From assembly GCA_900321965.1 (NCBI GenBank), contig ONYA01000005.1, positions 7,923-71,922 on the forward strand: a stretch of 64,000 bases of DNA. The letters run 5' to 3'. This document shows, piece after piece, positions 8,570 through 17,709 of this stretch (within the stretch, counting starts at the first letter, position 1; each line of letters begins with the position of its first letter). Both the position numbers and the translations under genes were made by a program. This DNA is from an uncultured Prevotellaceae bacterium. GTDB lineage: Bacteria > Bacteroidota > Bacteroidia > Bacteroidales > Bacteroidaceae. Under the pieces are notes generated by a model, which worked only from the letters and a program-made list of their open reading frames with translations, ran no database searches and had not been told where the DNA came from.

Positions 8570-10393
8570 TTACTTCTTGCGCCTAGTATATACGACACCG
8601 TCGCCGTGGGCAGCAATGCCGAATATCTCGTCCGAGTCGACCGCCATGCCATGAGGGATGAGCATGATGCAGTCGATGCGCAGGGTTCGCGAATAGGTAC
8701 CACGGTTGAACTCGGAGGGACGTACATTGGTCTCAACGCGCAGCGTTACCTTGGCATCACCGGTAGAACTCAGTCCATAAGTGCAGACAGGGAACTTGTA
8801 ATCCTCAGCCACCAGCAGATAGTCTACCTGATCGGGCGTGGTGACAAGGCCTTGAGCCAATTTCTGCTCCTTCATAGTACCATCTTTCTCGGTATAGGCA
8901 ATGACGGTGTTCATCTTGACCGGCGCACGCTCAATGTCAGTAGCATTGCTGTCGTTGGCCAAAGCCGGAGCCATCACGAGGTAGATGTCGTATCCCACGT
9001 TGGAAAGGACATCGCGGATGTTGAACGTCGCACTGTCGTTCTGGGAATAAAGCTGGCGGAACTCCACATAGCTGTTGCTCCACACCTTTCCGTAGAAGTT
9101 GTTCTCGGTCGAGACGACACGTGTTGTAGGAATAACGGCATCCTCAACCTCACGCGTCGTGCTGTTTATCTTGCGGCTCACCGACTTGATACTTCCCTGA
9201 CCTTCGGCCTCGATGATGACGGGACGCAAGAACGTATTCAGCGGATTGAAATTCCAGCTGTCGGCGTTGGCCTTCATCACCTGACCGTTAGAGCAGATGA
9301 CATTCTGCGTGCCGAAGAGGACGCCACCGGGCTGAAGCGGTTTCTGCTGGCTATAGCCGGTACCGTCGCCATACTGGTAATAATGGAATGGATTAGCCCC
9401 CCACGTATATTGACGCGAGAGCGGATGGACGGCGTTAGTAGAGAATGCCGAATCGGCCAAGGCAGCATCAGGGTTAAGGGTACGGCTGAAGATAGTACCC
9501 TTGACAATGGCCAACCGGGAATTGGTGTAAGCCAGTGAGTCGGCATCGGCCACCGTCTGGTCGTATTCGAAGCAAGGAGTGTAGGCTTCATAGAGCTGCC
9601 GCCACACCTCGTTGGTGGGCACCACCATCCAGTAGGTGCTATCCTCCCTGTTCAGCTTGGCATTGAGGAACTCATTGCCAAAGAGTTCGTTGACCTGTGT
9701 GAAGACAGAGTCGAGGTAGACCGTCTTGCCATCGACAATCTCACCGCGTACGCTCTTGTCCTCCTGGAACTCACGGCGATAGAAACGGCTGCTGTAGAAG
9801 AAGCTGGCAACGCTGTCGAGATCGGCGTCCTTACGCAGGTACTCAAACACGTTTGGCAGATAGTCGAGCTTGCCGCCGATGGTGAAGAGCACGCCATTAC
9901 CATACAATTGATTCTTAGACGTCAGCAGAGCATTGCCAATCTTGTTGGCTCCCAGCGAGACGTACTTGCCATTCATCAGCGTGATGGTATCCTTGCTACT
10001 GGGCGAAACCGAGTAGTTGTACAAGGCAATATGGTTCTGCAGGAACTCCTTGATGACGGTATTGTCGTCATCATTCACCAGTCCCTTCTCGGCCTGATAG
10101 GAGCGGATGAGGGCATCAGCCTCTGCCGACGACAGTTGGTCGTTGGTGGGCGCAAAGACGGTAAACACCTGGCTGCCGCCCAAGGCTTTGTCGTAGCCAC
10201 AGGCCTGGAGAACCCTGGCGAAGTTGCTGAGCTGGTCGTTCTGCTGGATGGCCTGCCAGAGGGAGCCCTCCTGCACGCCAGTGGCAACACCGTCATAATG
10301 GTCATCCCACGTATCAGTGCAGGCGGTGAAGACTGCGACGACGCCGCAGTACAGCAGACCTCTACATAATCTATTATATAACTTGGTAATCAT
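8570..10393 (-). CDS. Fasciclin (FAS1)-domain lipoprotein
   Basis: Lipobox FTAC, FAS1 H1-like motifs FTVFAPTND and YWMVVPTNE, and H2-like NGVLFTI. Confidence 0.8.
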   Translation of the reverse strand: MITKLYNRLCRGLLYCGVVAVFTACTDTWDDHYDGVATGVQEGSLWQAIQQNDQLSNFARVLQACGYDKALGGSQVFTVFAPTNDQLSSAEADALIRSYQAEKGLVNDDDNTVIKEFLQNHIALYNYSVSPSSKDTITLMNGKYVSLGANKIGNALLTSKNQLYGNGVLFTIGGKLDYLPNVFEYLRKDADLDSVASFFYSSRFYRREFQEDKSVRGEIVDGKTVYLDSVFTQVNELFGNEFLNAKLNREDSTYWMVVPTNEVWRQLYEAYTPCFEYDQTVADADSLAYTNSRLAIVKGTIFSRTLNPDAALADSAFSTNAVHPLSRQYTWGANPFHYYQYGDGTGYSQQKPLQPGGVLFGTQNVICSNGQVMKANADSWNFNPLNTFLRPVIIEAEGQGSIKSVSRKINSTTREVEDAVIPTTRVVSTENNFYGKVWSNSYVEFRQLYSQNDSATFNIRDVLSNVGYDIYLVMAPALANDSNATDIERAPVKMNTVIAYTEKDGTMKEQKLAQGLVTTPDQVDYLLVAEDYKFPVCTYGLSSTGDAKVTLRVETNVRPSEFNRGTYSRTLRIDCIMLIPHGMAVDSDEIFGIAAHGDGVVYTRRKK

Positions 10394-10427
10394 AATTCCT
10401 AATTTCTAATTTCTCATTACTAATTTA
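10393..10427. repeat. Heptamer tandem (TAATTTC-like x5) filling the gene junction
   Basis: taattcc taatttc taatttc tcattac taattta runs from one gene's stop codon to the next gene's start codon. Confidence 0.7.
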
Positions 10428-12494
10428 CAGGTCGTCTTCCATATCGCCGTCGCCGTCGACACCGTAAACGCTCTTAGGCACCAGCTCCAGGTAGTCGAGC
10501 ATGAACTCGTTGTTGTTACCCTGCTTACCATCGCTGGCCACGCGGAAGCGCAGATAGTGGTCCTTGGTGGCGTCAATGTAGGTCTGACAGAGGATGCGGC
10601 GATAGGTACGCTCGTTGCCCACGAAATAGGACTTGGCCGACGTCGAGAAGTGGAAGATGGAACGCGGTGCGCGGTAGGCACCGAGGTTCTTCAGCAGTTT
10701 CTGCTCCTGAGCCTTGTCCTCATCGCTCATAGCGTCATACTTTGCCGCCGTCTCATCGGTCTCGAAGCGGTCGCCGATGTACAGGTCGCTGTTAAGGAAC
10801 TTCGTCATATCGAGAGGAATACCCTGCGGTACGCCATCGAAGTAGACCTGCATCACGCCACGCGTCTCAAGGGCGCAGAAGCCTAAGCGTATCTGCCAGT
10901 CGCCGCTATAGGGCACCGGCGGTATGCGGAAGGTGAAGTCGTAGTCGCCGAAGAGGTTCCACTCGTCGCCCTGCCATGACCAGAAGTTGATATGTGGACG
11001 ACGGAGCACCACGCTACAGTTGGTGAAGCTGACGCCGTCGAGATAACCCATGGGGAAGTAGTAGTTACGTCCGTTCTTCGGTGTCGACGAGTCGTCAGGC
11101 GTGTCGTTGCTGTCGTCCTGCGTGGGGTTGCCCTCATAGCGCAGACCATTGCAGACGACCTCCGGGAAGACGGACGAGAAGTCCATACGGATACGGTCGT
11201 TCTGGACGATGTTCTTCACCTGGTCGGTGAAAGCCACGATGTCGTCAACATAGAAGTAGTGGCCATTGATGGCATCATGGATGTTATCCGTCTCCACGGT
11301 GGCATCGATATGCTGGCCTTCAATGTTGTAGGTCTTGTCATAGCGGCGGTTGATATAGCGCTCACGTATGATTCCATGGCCGACATAGTCGGACACCGTG
11401 AGTTGCTCTACCTTCATCATCGTGTGAGGCAACAAGGTGTAATGCCAGTCGACAGGGTTAATCAGCGACTCGTCAAAGCCGAAGGCACCGTTCACCACAC
11501 CGATATTCACTTCCATCGGCGTCAGGTCAGCCGTACCGGCCACATACTTGTTCAGGATATGATACTGGATAAAGCGGCGCAGAGGGTTCACCGAGTCGCT
11601 CAGGTTCTCATAGCTGTGACCGGGCGCATTGACGTCCTGCGGATATACCGGGTCGTAGAGTTCGCAGGCCTTTTCGTAGAGGGCACGGACGTCGCCCTTG
11701 GCAATGCCGTACTTCTGTGTCAGCACTTCGTCGGGAACGACAAAGAAGGTAAAGCCGTACTTCTTCGTATCGGGTACCCATGCCACCTCACTCCATGTGT
11801 GAGACTTATAGTAGTACTTGCTGTGGCTCTTGGGGTCCCAGGTCGGGTCGTCCACCAAAGCCAGTTCCTCAAGCATTCCCGTAGCAACGAGTGCCTGATA
11901 ATAGGTGCTGATCTTAGGATTGTCGCGCAGCACGTCGGTGACGTAGCTGTTGGACTTCTCGATGACCATATTGACGGGCTGCATGATACCATTCTCCACA
12001 GAGTCGTCCTTCAGCGTGTTGTAGATCTGTGCGATACCCTCCAAGATGACGACGGCATTGCCGTCAGCATCGAAGCCTGACGAGGTGGCGATATAACGTC
12101 CCAGCATGTTGGCCGTAGCCAGACGGTCCTGTGTCATCTCCATCGTAGAGTACATATTTGCCACGAGGTGGGTGCGGGCAATCGTGTCGCAGTCCTCCCT
12201 GGAGAGGTCGGACACGCTGTTCTTGCCATGGCGCGACAGGTAGGCCGTCACCGCACTGTCGTTAGGCACGAAGCAAGTGTACTTGCCATAGGTAGAGAGC
12301 AGGTCCATCAGTCCTGCACGTTCCACGATGGCCGTAAACTGGCTATATTGTGAGCGGTTCTTCAAGTAGTCGCTCGCCATTTCACCGGTAAAAGTATAGA
12401 AGTTCTCGCCGTCTGGCTCATCGGAACAGCTTGTCAGCGATACCGATGCCAGGATCGAGAAACCTATCATATAAATATATCGTATGAGTCTCAT
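10425..12494 (-). CDS. Fasciclin (FAS1)-domain lipoprotein
   Basis: Start moved to ATG 12494 (MRLIRY..SLTSC lipoprotein signal), which avoids overlap with the upstream SusD. Motifs YTCFVPND, ENGIMQPVN, FTFFVVPD and INGHYFYVD. Confidence 0.82.
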   Translation of the reverse strand: MRLIRYIYMIGFSILASVSLTSCSDEPDGENFYTFTGEMASDYLKNRSQYSQFTAIVERAGLMDLLSTYGKYTCFVPNDSAVTAYLSRHGKNSVSDLSREDCDTIARTHLVANMYSTMEMTQDRLATANMLGRYIATSSGFDADGNAVVILEGIAQIYNTLKDDSVENGIMQPVNMVIEKSNSYVTDVLRDNPKISTYYQALVATGMLEELALVDDPTWDPKSHSKYYYKSHTWSEVAWVPDTKKYGFTFFVVPDEVLTQKYGIAKGDVRALYEKACELYDPVYPQDVNAPGHSYENLSDSVNPLRRFIQYHILNKYVAGTADLTPMEVNIGVVNGAFGFDESLINPVDWHYTLLPHTMMKVEQLTVSDYVGHGIIRERYINRRYDKTYNIEGQHIDATVETDNIHDAINGHYFYVDDIVAFTDQVKNIVQNDRIRMDFSSVFPEVVCNGLRYEGNPTQDDSNDTPDDSSTPKNGRNYYFPMGYLDGVSFTNCSVVLRRPHINFWSWQGDEWNLFGDYDFTFRIPPVPYSGDWQIRLGFCALETRGVMQVYFDGVPQGIPLDMTKFLNSDLYIGDRFETDETAAKYDAMSDEDKAQEQKLLKNLGAYRAPRSIFHFSTSAKSYFVGNERTYRRILCQTYIDATKDHYLRFRVASDGKQGNNNEFMLDYLELVPKSVYGVDGDGDMEDDL

Positions 12495-12519
12495 AATCGT
12501 TTCTTCGTTTTTACATATA

Positions 12520-14304
12520 TCAGTTGTTTGTCGCATAGCTGCCGTTATCGCCACTGCTGAACGCAGAGTTCTGATGCAGGTTCCTGTTGACCTTCAGCTC
12601 CTCATAGTTATAAGGCCAGTAGATAGCATCCATCTTAGCCAGTTTGTTGGCTATCAGCGCCGAACCGGTAGTCACCTTGCGCAGGGCTGCATTGACGAGC
12701 GTCTGCGTGTTACCCTCACGGCGTGCAATACGTACCAGGTCGTACCAGCGCTTGCCCTCGAACATCAGTTCGCGCTGACGCTCCTGATAGACAAGCGTCT
12801 CAAGACGTGCCTTCGTGGTGTAGTCATTACGCGACAGGGTGTCGACCAGCTGTGTCTCGCATACCGAGCGCTTGTTGACAGCGTTCACCAAGGCGAAAGC
12901 CTCGTCAATCATCGGCTTGTTATAGTCAATGGCAGCCTGGTCGGCGTCGGGACTGAGCAGCTGTGACAGTGCCTCGGCCTTGAGCAGCATGATGTCCGAC
13001 AAGCGGTAAATCACCCAGTTGGAAGCATTCTGTCCTTCGGTGTAGATACCGCTATAGGTGAGGGAGATGTCTGACGAGCTCTGCGCATTGATGATGACGG
13101 AATTGGTGACGTACTTGTTGACAGTCCCAAAGAGGCCGTTGCAGTTCTCATACATACGGGCATCCACCTTCTTGTTGCGGTCGGCAAAGATGGTGCGCTG
13201 CGATGACTTCTCGATGTCTTCAAGCACATAGTCAGAGGGCACCAGCATACCCATCGGCGTAGTAGCATTGCCATAGAAGGCGTTGACGGCGCCATTGGTT
13301 ATCATGCTGTGGCCGCGTGGATCATCGTCGAAGACGAGCTGGAAGATAATCTCCTGATTATAGTTCTGCGCATTGTCGTCCTTACCGAAGAGTGTGGTAT
13401 AGGCATTGCCGAAATAGCCACTCGTGATGCTACCGTTGACCAGCGGGTAACCATTGAAGCGGTTCTCGTCTGTGTTGCCAGAGAATCCGTAGCTATTGGA
13501 CGACCGCTTGTTCTCCTCGGCTATCTGCTTCTTGGAGTCAATGACCAGATTGGCATACTTGATACAGTTCTGGTAGTCCTGCTTCCACAAGTACATCTCA
13601 CAGAGCATGGCATGGATGGCATCCTGAGTGATGCGGCCCGTCTGATAGAGCGGCGTGGTGGTAGGATAACGTTTCACGGCCATATTCTTCACGCCCTCCA
13701 GGCTGGTGATGAGCGAGTCAAGGACGTCCTCAAACTTCATTGCCGGCAGGTCCATCTTCTGGTCATCGTCGGTAAAGGCTACCGTTGAATAGGGCACATC
13801 GCGGAAGGTGCGGATGAGGTAGAAGTAGCACAGCGAGCGCAGGGCCGTCACCTCAGCGATATGAGCATTGAGTTCGCTCTCCGCGTAAGCGGGGTCGCTG
13901 GCAGCCACGCCGGGAGCATACTTGATAACGGTATTACAGCGGTTGATGATATTGTAGAAACCATCCCAGACGGTATAGCCGTTCTTGGCGTCGATGTTCT
14001 CCTTCATCACCTTCTCCAGCTGCGTGTCGTCGTTGATGTTCATACCGATGCCGACATTCTCGGAGCGGCACTCGCCCCAGACAATCATACGACGGATGAT
14101 GTTCTGGTCCTGCAAGCCCGAATAGCAACCGGCAATGATGCCTTCAACGTCGGCCTTCTCCGTCCAGAATTTCTCCAGGGTAATCTCATTCAGCGGTTCT
14201 ATTTCAAGGAAGTCAGAACAGCTTGAATATCCCATCAGTCCGACAAGCCCTAACAGTCCCATCAGACCAGCATTCTTTATCTTACTATAAATCTTGGTTT
14301 TCAT
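12520..14304 (-). CDS. SusD/RagB-family outer-membrane lipoprotein
   Basis: Lipobox YSSC, FYNIINRCN, YRLSDIMLLKAEAL and ERQRELMFEGKRWYDLVR. Confidence 0.94.
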   Translation of the reverse strand: MKTKIYSKIKNAGLMGLLGLVGLMGYSSCSDFLEIEPLNEITLEKFWTEKADVEGIIAGCYSGLQDQNIIRRMIVWGECRSENVGIGMNINDDTQLEKVMKENIDAKNGYTVWDGFYNIINRCNTVIKYAPGVAASDPAYAESELNAHIAEVTALRSLCYFYLIRTFRDVPYSTVAFTDDDQKMDLPAMKFEDVLDSLITSLEGVKNMAVKRYPTTTPLYQTGRITQDAIHAMLCEMYLWKQDYQNCIKYANLVIDSKKQIAEENKRSSNSYGFSGNTDENRFNGYPLVNGSITSGYFGNAYTTLFGKDDNAQNYNQEIIFQLVFDDDPRGHSMITNGAVNAFYGNATTPMGMLVPSDYVLEDIEKSSQRTIFADRNKKVDARMYENCNGLFGTVNKYVTNSVIINAQSSSDISLTYSGIYTEGQNASNWVIYRLSDIMLLKAEALSQLLSPDADQAAIDYNKPMIDEAFALVNAVNKRSVCETQLVDTLSRNDYTTKARLETLVYQERQRELMFEGKRWYDLVRIARREGNTQTLVNAALRKVTTGSALIANKLAKMDAIYWPYNYEELKVNRNLHQNSAFSSGDNGSYATNN

Positions 14305-14319
14305 AATTGTTCCTCCTTT

Positions 14320-17300
14320 TTAGAAATCTACTGTAATACCTAAGGTATAAGAACGTGAACGCGGTGTCTGAGAGTAGTCGATGGCCGGATCATAGCCGTT
14401 GGCCGAGATGTCGGGGTCGACACCCGTGTACTTCGTCAGCACGAACGGGTTGTTGGCACTGGCATAGACACTGATCTTATTCAGGCCAATCCACTTCAGA
14501 TACTGCTTCTTGATGGTGTACGAGAGCTGGGCATAACCCATACGCAGGTAAGAGCCATCCTCCACATAGCGGTCGCTGACCTGCGAGTTGAAGTTGCTGG
14601 CGTCGCCATACATGGCACGGGGTATCGTGGTGACGTCACCCTCCTTGCGCCAGCGGTAGTTCACGGCCTGCGACTGGTTGTCGTTCGAACTCATGGACTC
14701 GGCACGCAGGCGGGCAATGTTCAGGATTTTGTTACCATAGCGGTAGGTGAACTGTGTGTTCAGCTTCCAGTCGCCGTAATAGAACGTGAAGCCGAAGCCA
14801 CCCGTCAGCTTAGGCAGCGAAGAGCCGAGGTAGACGATATCAAGGTTGTTGATTTGTCCGTCGTGGTTGATATCCTCATAGATGGCATCGCCGCCGTTGA
14901 AGGAATAGTTACGGCCGGAGGTGTCGTTGGTGTAGTTGTACTTCATGCGGACGGGGTTGCCGTTAGCGTCGAGCACCAGGTTGCCGTCAGCATTGATAGC
15001 TACGGGAGCCGTCTTGCCGCTGGCCAGGAACTGGGCGCGCTCGTCGGCACTCATATTGGCCACCGTGTTATAATTGTACTGGTAGACGCCCTTGTAGCGG
15101 AAGCCGTAGATGGCACCCAGCGGGTTGTTCAGCTGCACACGGCGCAGCCACTCAGCGTTGTTATAGCCGAAGGTAGAGTTGAGGTTGTTCAGCACATACT
15201 CTTCCATCTCAAGAATCTCATTACGGTTGTTACCGAAGTTGGCGTTAAGGTCAAACTGGAACTTACCTTTCTTAATCAGGCGGTTGGTGTTGACATGGAA
15301 CTCCCAACCCGTATTACGCAGTTTACCACTATTGCGGTAAGGCACGGTGATGAAACCGGCGTTGGAGGGTATGCGATAGTTCTCCATCAGCATATCGGTA
15401 ACGGTTGACTGGTAGGCTTCGACAACCAGGTTCAGGCGATCGTCGAAGAAACCTAAGTCGACACCGATGTTATAGCTGGTGTTTATCTGCCACCTCAAGT
15501 CTGACAGGCGGATGTTGAGCGGAGCCATGGCGTTGATGTCGATGTACTTGGAGGTGACGCCGTATTTCGACGTAAAGAGGTATTCGTAACGCGGCTGGTT
15601 ACCGACGCGACCCCAGCTGGGACGGATGGCCAGCATCGACAGTGTCGGCTTGAGCTTCTCCATCCACGGTTCGTCGCTGACAATCCACTTCAGCGAAGCT
15701 GAGGGGAAGTAGCCCCAGCGGTTGTTCGGTCCGAACTTCGTCGTACCGTCGGCACGCAGGGTGAAGTCAGCGATATAGCGGCCTTTATAGGCGTAGTGTG
15801 CCGACACGGTGAAATACATCGAGCGCCACTGGTTGTACCAAGAGCCGAGACCGGTAATCTGTCCGCCGCCCTGCGTCGTGGTGATGCCCGAGGGAGCGCC
15901 GCTCTTGTCTTCCGACTGGCCTGTTGCCGAACCGCTGGTCAGCTCGAACTTACCGAGAAGCATGGCACTGTGGTCCTGGTTCTTGAACGCCGGAATCAGT
16001 GTCAGCTGCTGCTTGGTGTTGAAAGCCACGCTCTTCGACGAACCGTCATACGACGAGTTGACGCCGGCATCCCAGTTCACCGTGCGCAGTTCCTGCGGGT
16101 AGAAGCGGTTGGTATAATCGTTGAAGATGTTCATATAGACGGAGCCACGCCAGTTCAGCTGCCAGTGCTCTTCGTCCATGCCGAGGAGCTGGTACTGGAT
16201 AATCAGCTCAGGGGTGATGTCGTAGGTCGTCTGCTGGTTCTTGGCCAGATTGGCCACAGCCACGGGGTTGGGATAGCGCTTCTGGTCGTTGTTAAAGACG
16301 GCAGAGCCATTCTGCAACATCGTGTAATAGGCATCGGTATCGGCACCCGTCGTCGGGTCCTGCTCGTAGATACCCATATTCGGCATCTTACGCAGGGCCA
16401 GACCCAGCAGACCTTCACCATTGCCCTTGAAGTCAACCCAGTTGCCGGTATTGAACTTCCAGTTCATGTCGTTCTTGGTATAGGTCAAGGCGAAGTTGGT
16501 GCTCACGCGGATGCGCTCTGACACGTTGTAGTCCAGAGCCACACGGGTGGAGAAGCGCTGCAGCTTCTGCTTGATGATAGTACCCGTCTCGTGGTCGAAA
16601 CCGCCACCGATACGGAACGAAGCCTTCTCACCGCCACCGCTGACGGTCAGATAGTGGTTCTGACGCAGACCCCACTGCGTAACGGCGTCGCGCCAGTCGG
16701 TATTGTTGTTAAACTGCTCGTACTCTGAGAAGGTAGGGTCGTAGTTCAACTCGGGAATGTCGGAAGCATTGTCACTCTGTGCCGGGTTGAAGTAGCTCTC
16801 CTTGAGCAGCATGGTGTAGTCGTCACCGTTAAGCATATCGTAGCCCTTGGGCTGGTAAGTACCCGTCAGCTTCAGCGAATAGGTGAGTTTCGGTGCGCCG
16901 CGCACACCACGCTTCGTCGTCAGTTCGATGACACCGTTACCACCCTGCGAACCGTAGATGGCCGTAGCGGCAGCATCCTTCAGCACACGGATGTCGGCGA
17001 TATCCTCGGGGTTGATATTCAGCAGTTCGGCGAATTTCTCATTGTTGGCCGAGCCCATGTCGAAGTTGTCGAGACTGACTTCACGTACGTTGCCGTCGAC
17101 GACGATCAGCGGGTTGGCATCGGTCAGCGACGACAGCGAAGCCGAACCACGCAGACGCATGGTAGAGCCAGAGCCAAGGTCACCGGAGTTGCCGACGATG
17201 TCGAGACCGGCGATACGTCCCTGCAGGGCTTCATCGACCGACGTGATGGCCAGACCCTCGAACTCCTTCATCGAGAGCGTCTGTGTAGCACTCGACACCT

Positions 17301-17706
17301 CGCGCTGCGGGATGGGCAGGCCGCTGCCTGTGACGCGGCGCTTCGACTTGACGGTCACTTCCTTCAGCTGTGTGGCCGACGACATGCTGACCTTATAGGT
17401 TGTGCGGTCGAGCGACAACGTCTGTGTCTTCATACCTACATAGCTAAAGCGGATCTTGTCTTTCGTACTCTTCACCTTCATGGTGAAATTACCATTGAGG
17501 TCGGTGATGGCCGAGTTGATGATACGTCCGGTACCGTCAATCTCGCAGACGGTGGCACCCATCAACGGGCCCATATCGTCGCTCACCGTACCATGTACCG
17601 ACGTGATTGTCTGTGCGCTCAGTGTGCCTGTGGCTACGAGCGCCATCATGAGTATGATGGTTCTGAGTAGTCTTCGCATAGCGAAGCGATTGAATCGATT
17701 TCTCAT
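14320..17706 (-). CDS. SusC/RagA TonB-dependent transporter
   Basis: PLIVVDG, INPEDIADIRVLKDAAATAIYGSQGGNGVI and VEDGSYLR motifs, terminal Phe. Confidence 0.96.
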   Translation of the reverse strand: MRNRFNRFAMRRLLRTIILMMALVATGTLSAQTITSVHGTVSDDMGPLMGATVCEIDGTGRIINSAITDLNGNFTMKVKSTKDKIRFSYVGMKTQTLSLDRTTYKVSMSSATQLKEVTVKSKRRVTGSGLPIPQREVSSATQTLSMKEFEGLAITSVDEALQGRIAGLDIVGNSGDLGSGSTMRLRGSASLSSLTDANPLIVVDGNVREVSLDNFDMGSANNEKFAELLNINPEDIADIRVLKDAAATAIYGSQGGNGVIELTTKRGVRGAPKLTYSLKLTGTYQPKGYDMLNGDDYTMLLKESYFNPAQSDNASDIPELNYDPTFSEYEQFNNNTDWRDAVTQWGLRQNHYLTVSGGGEKASFRIGGGFDHETGTIIKQKLQRFSTRVALDYNVSERIRVSTNFALTYTKNDMNWKFNTGNWVDFKGNGEGLLGLALRKMPNMGIYEQDPTTGADTDAYYTMLQNGSAVFNNDQKRYPNPVAVANLAKNQQTTYDITPELIIQYQLLGMDEEHWQLNWRGSVYMNIFNDYTNRFYPQELRTVNWDAGVNSSYDGSSKSVAFNTKQQLTLIPAFKNQDHSAMLLGKFELTSGSATGQSEDKSGAPSGITTTQGGGQITGLGSWYNQWRSMYFTVSAHYAYKGRYIADFTLRADGTTKFGPNNRWGYFPSASLKWIVSDEPWMEKLKPTLSMLAIRPSWGRVGNQPRYEYLFTSKYGVTSKYIDINAMAPLNIRLSDLRWQINTSYNIGVDLGFFDDRLNLVVEAYQSTVTDMLMENYRIPSNAGFITVPYRNSGKLRNTGWEFHVNTNRLIKKGKFQFDLNANFGNNRNEILEMEEYVLNNLNSTFGYNNAEWLRRVQLNNPLGAIYGFRYKGVYQYNYNTVANMSADERAQFLASGKTAPVAINADGNLVLDANGNPVRMKYNYTNDTSGRNYSFNGGDAIYEDINHDGQINNLDIVYLGSSLPKLTGGFGFTFYYGDWKLNTQFTYRYGNKILNIARLRAESMSSNDNQSQAVNYRWRKEGDVTTIPRAMYGDASNFNSQVSDRYVEDGSYLRMGYAQLSYTIKKQYLKWIGLNKISVYASANNPFVLTKYTGVDPDISANGYDPAIDYSQTPRSRSYTLGITVDF

Positions 17707-17709
17707 ACC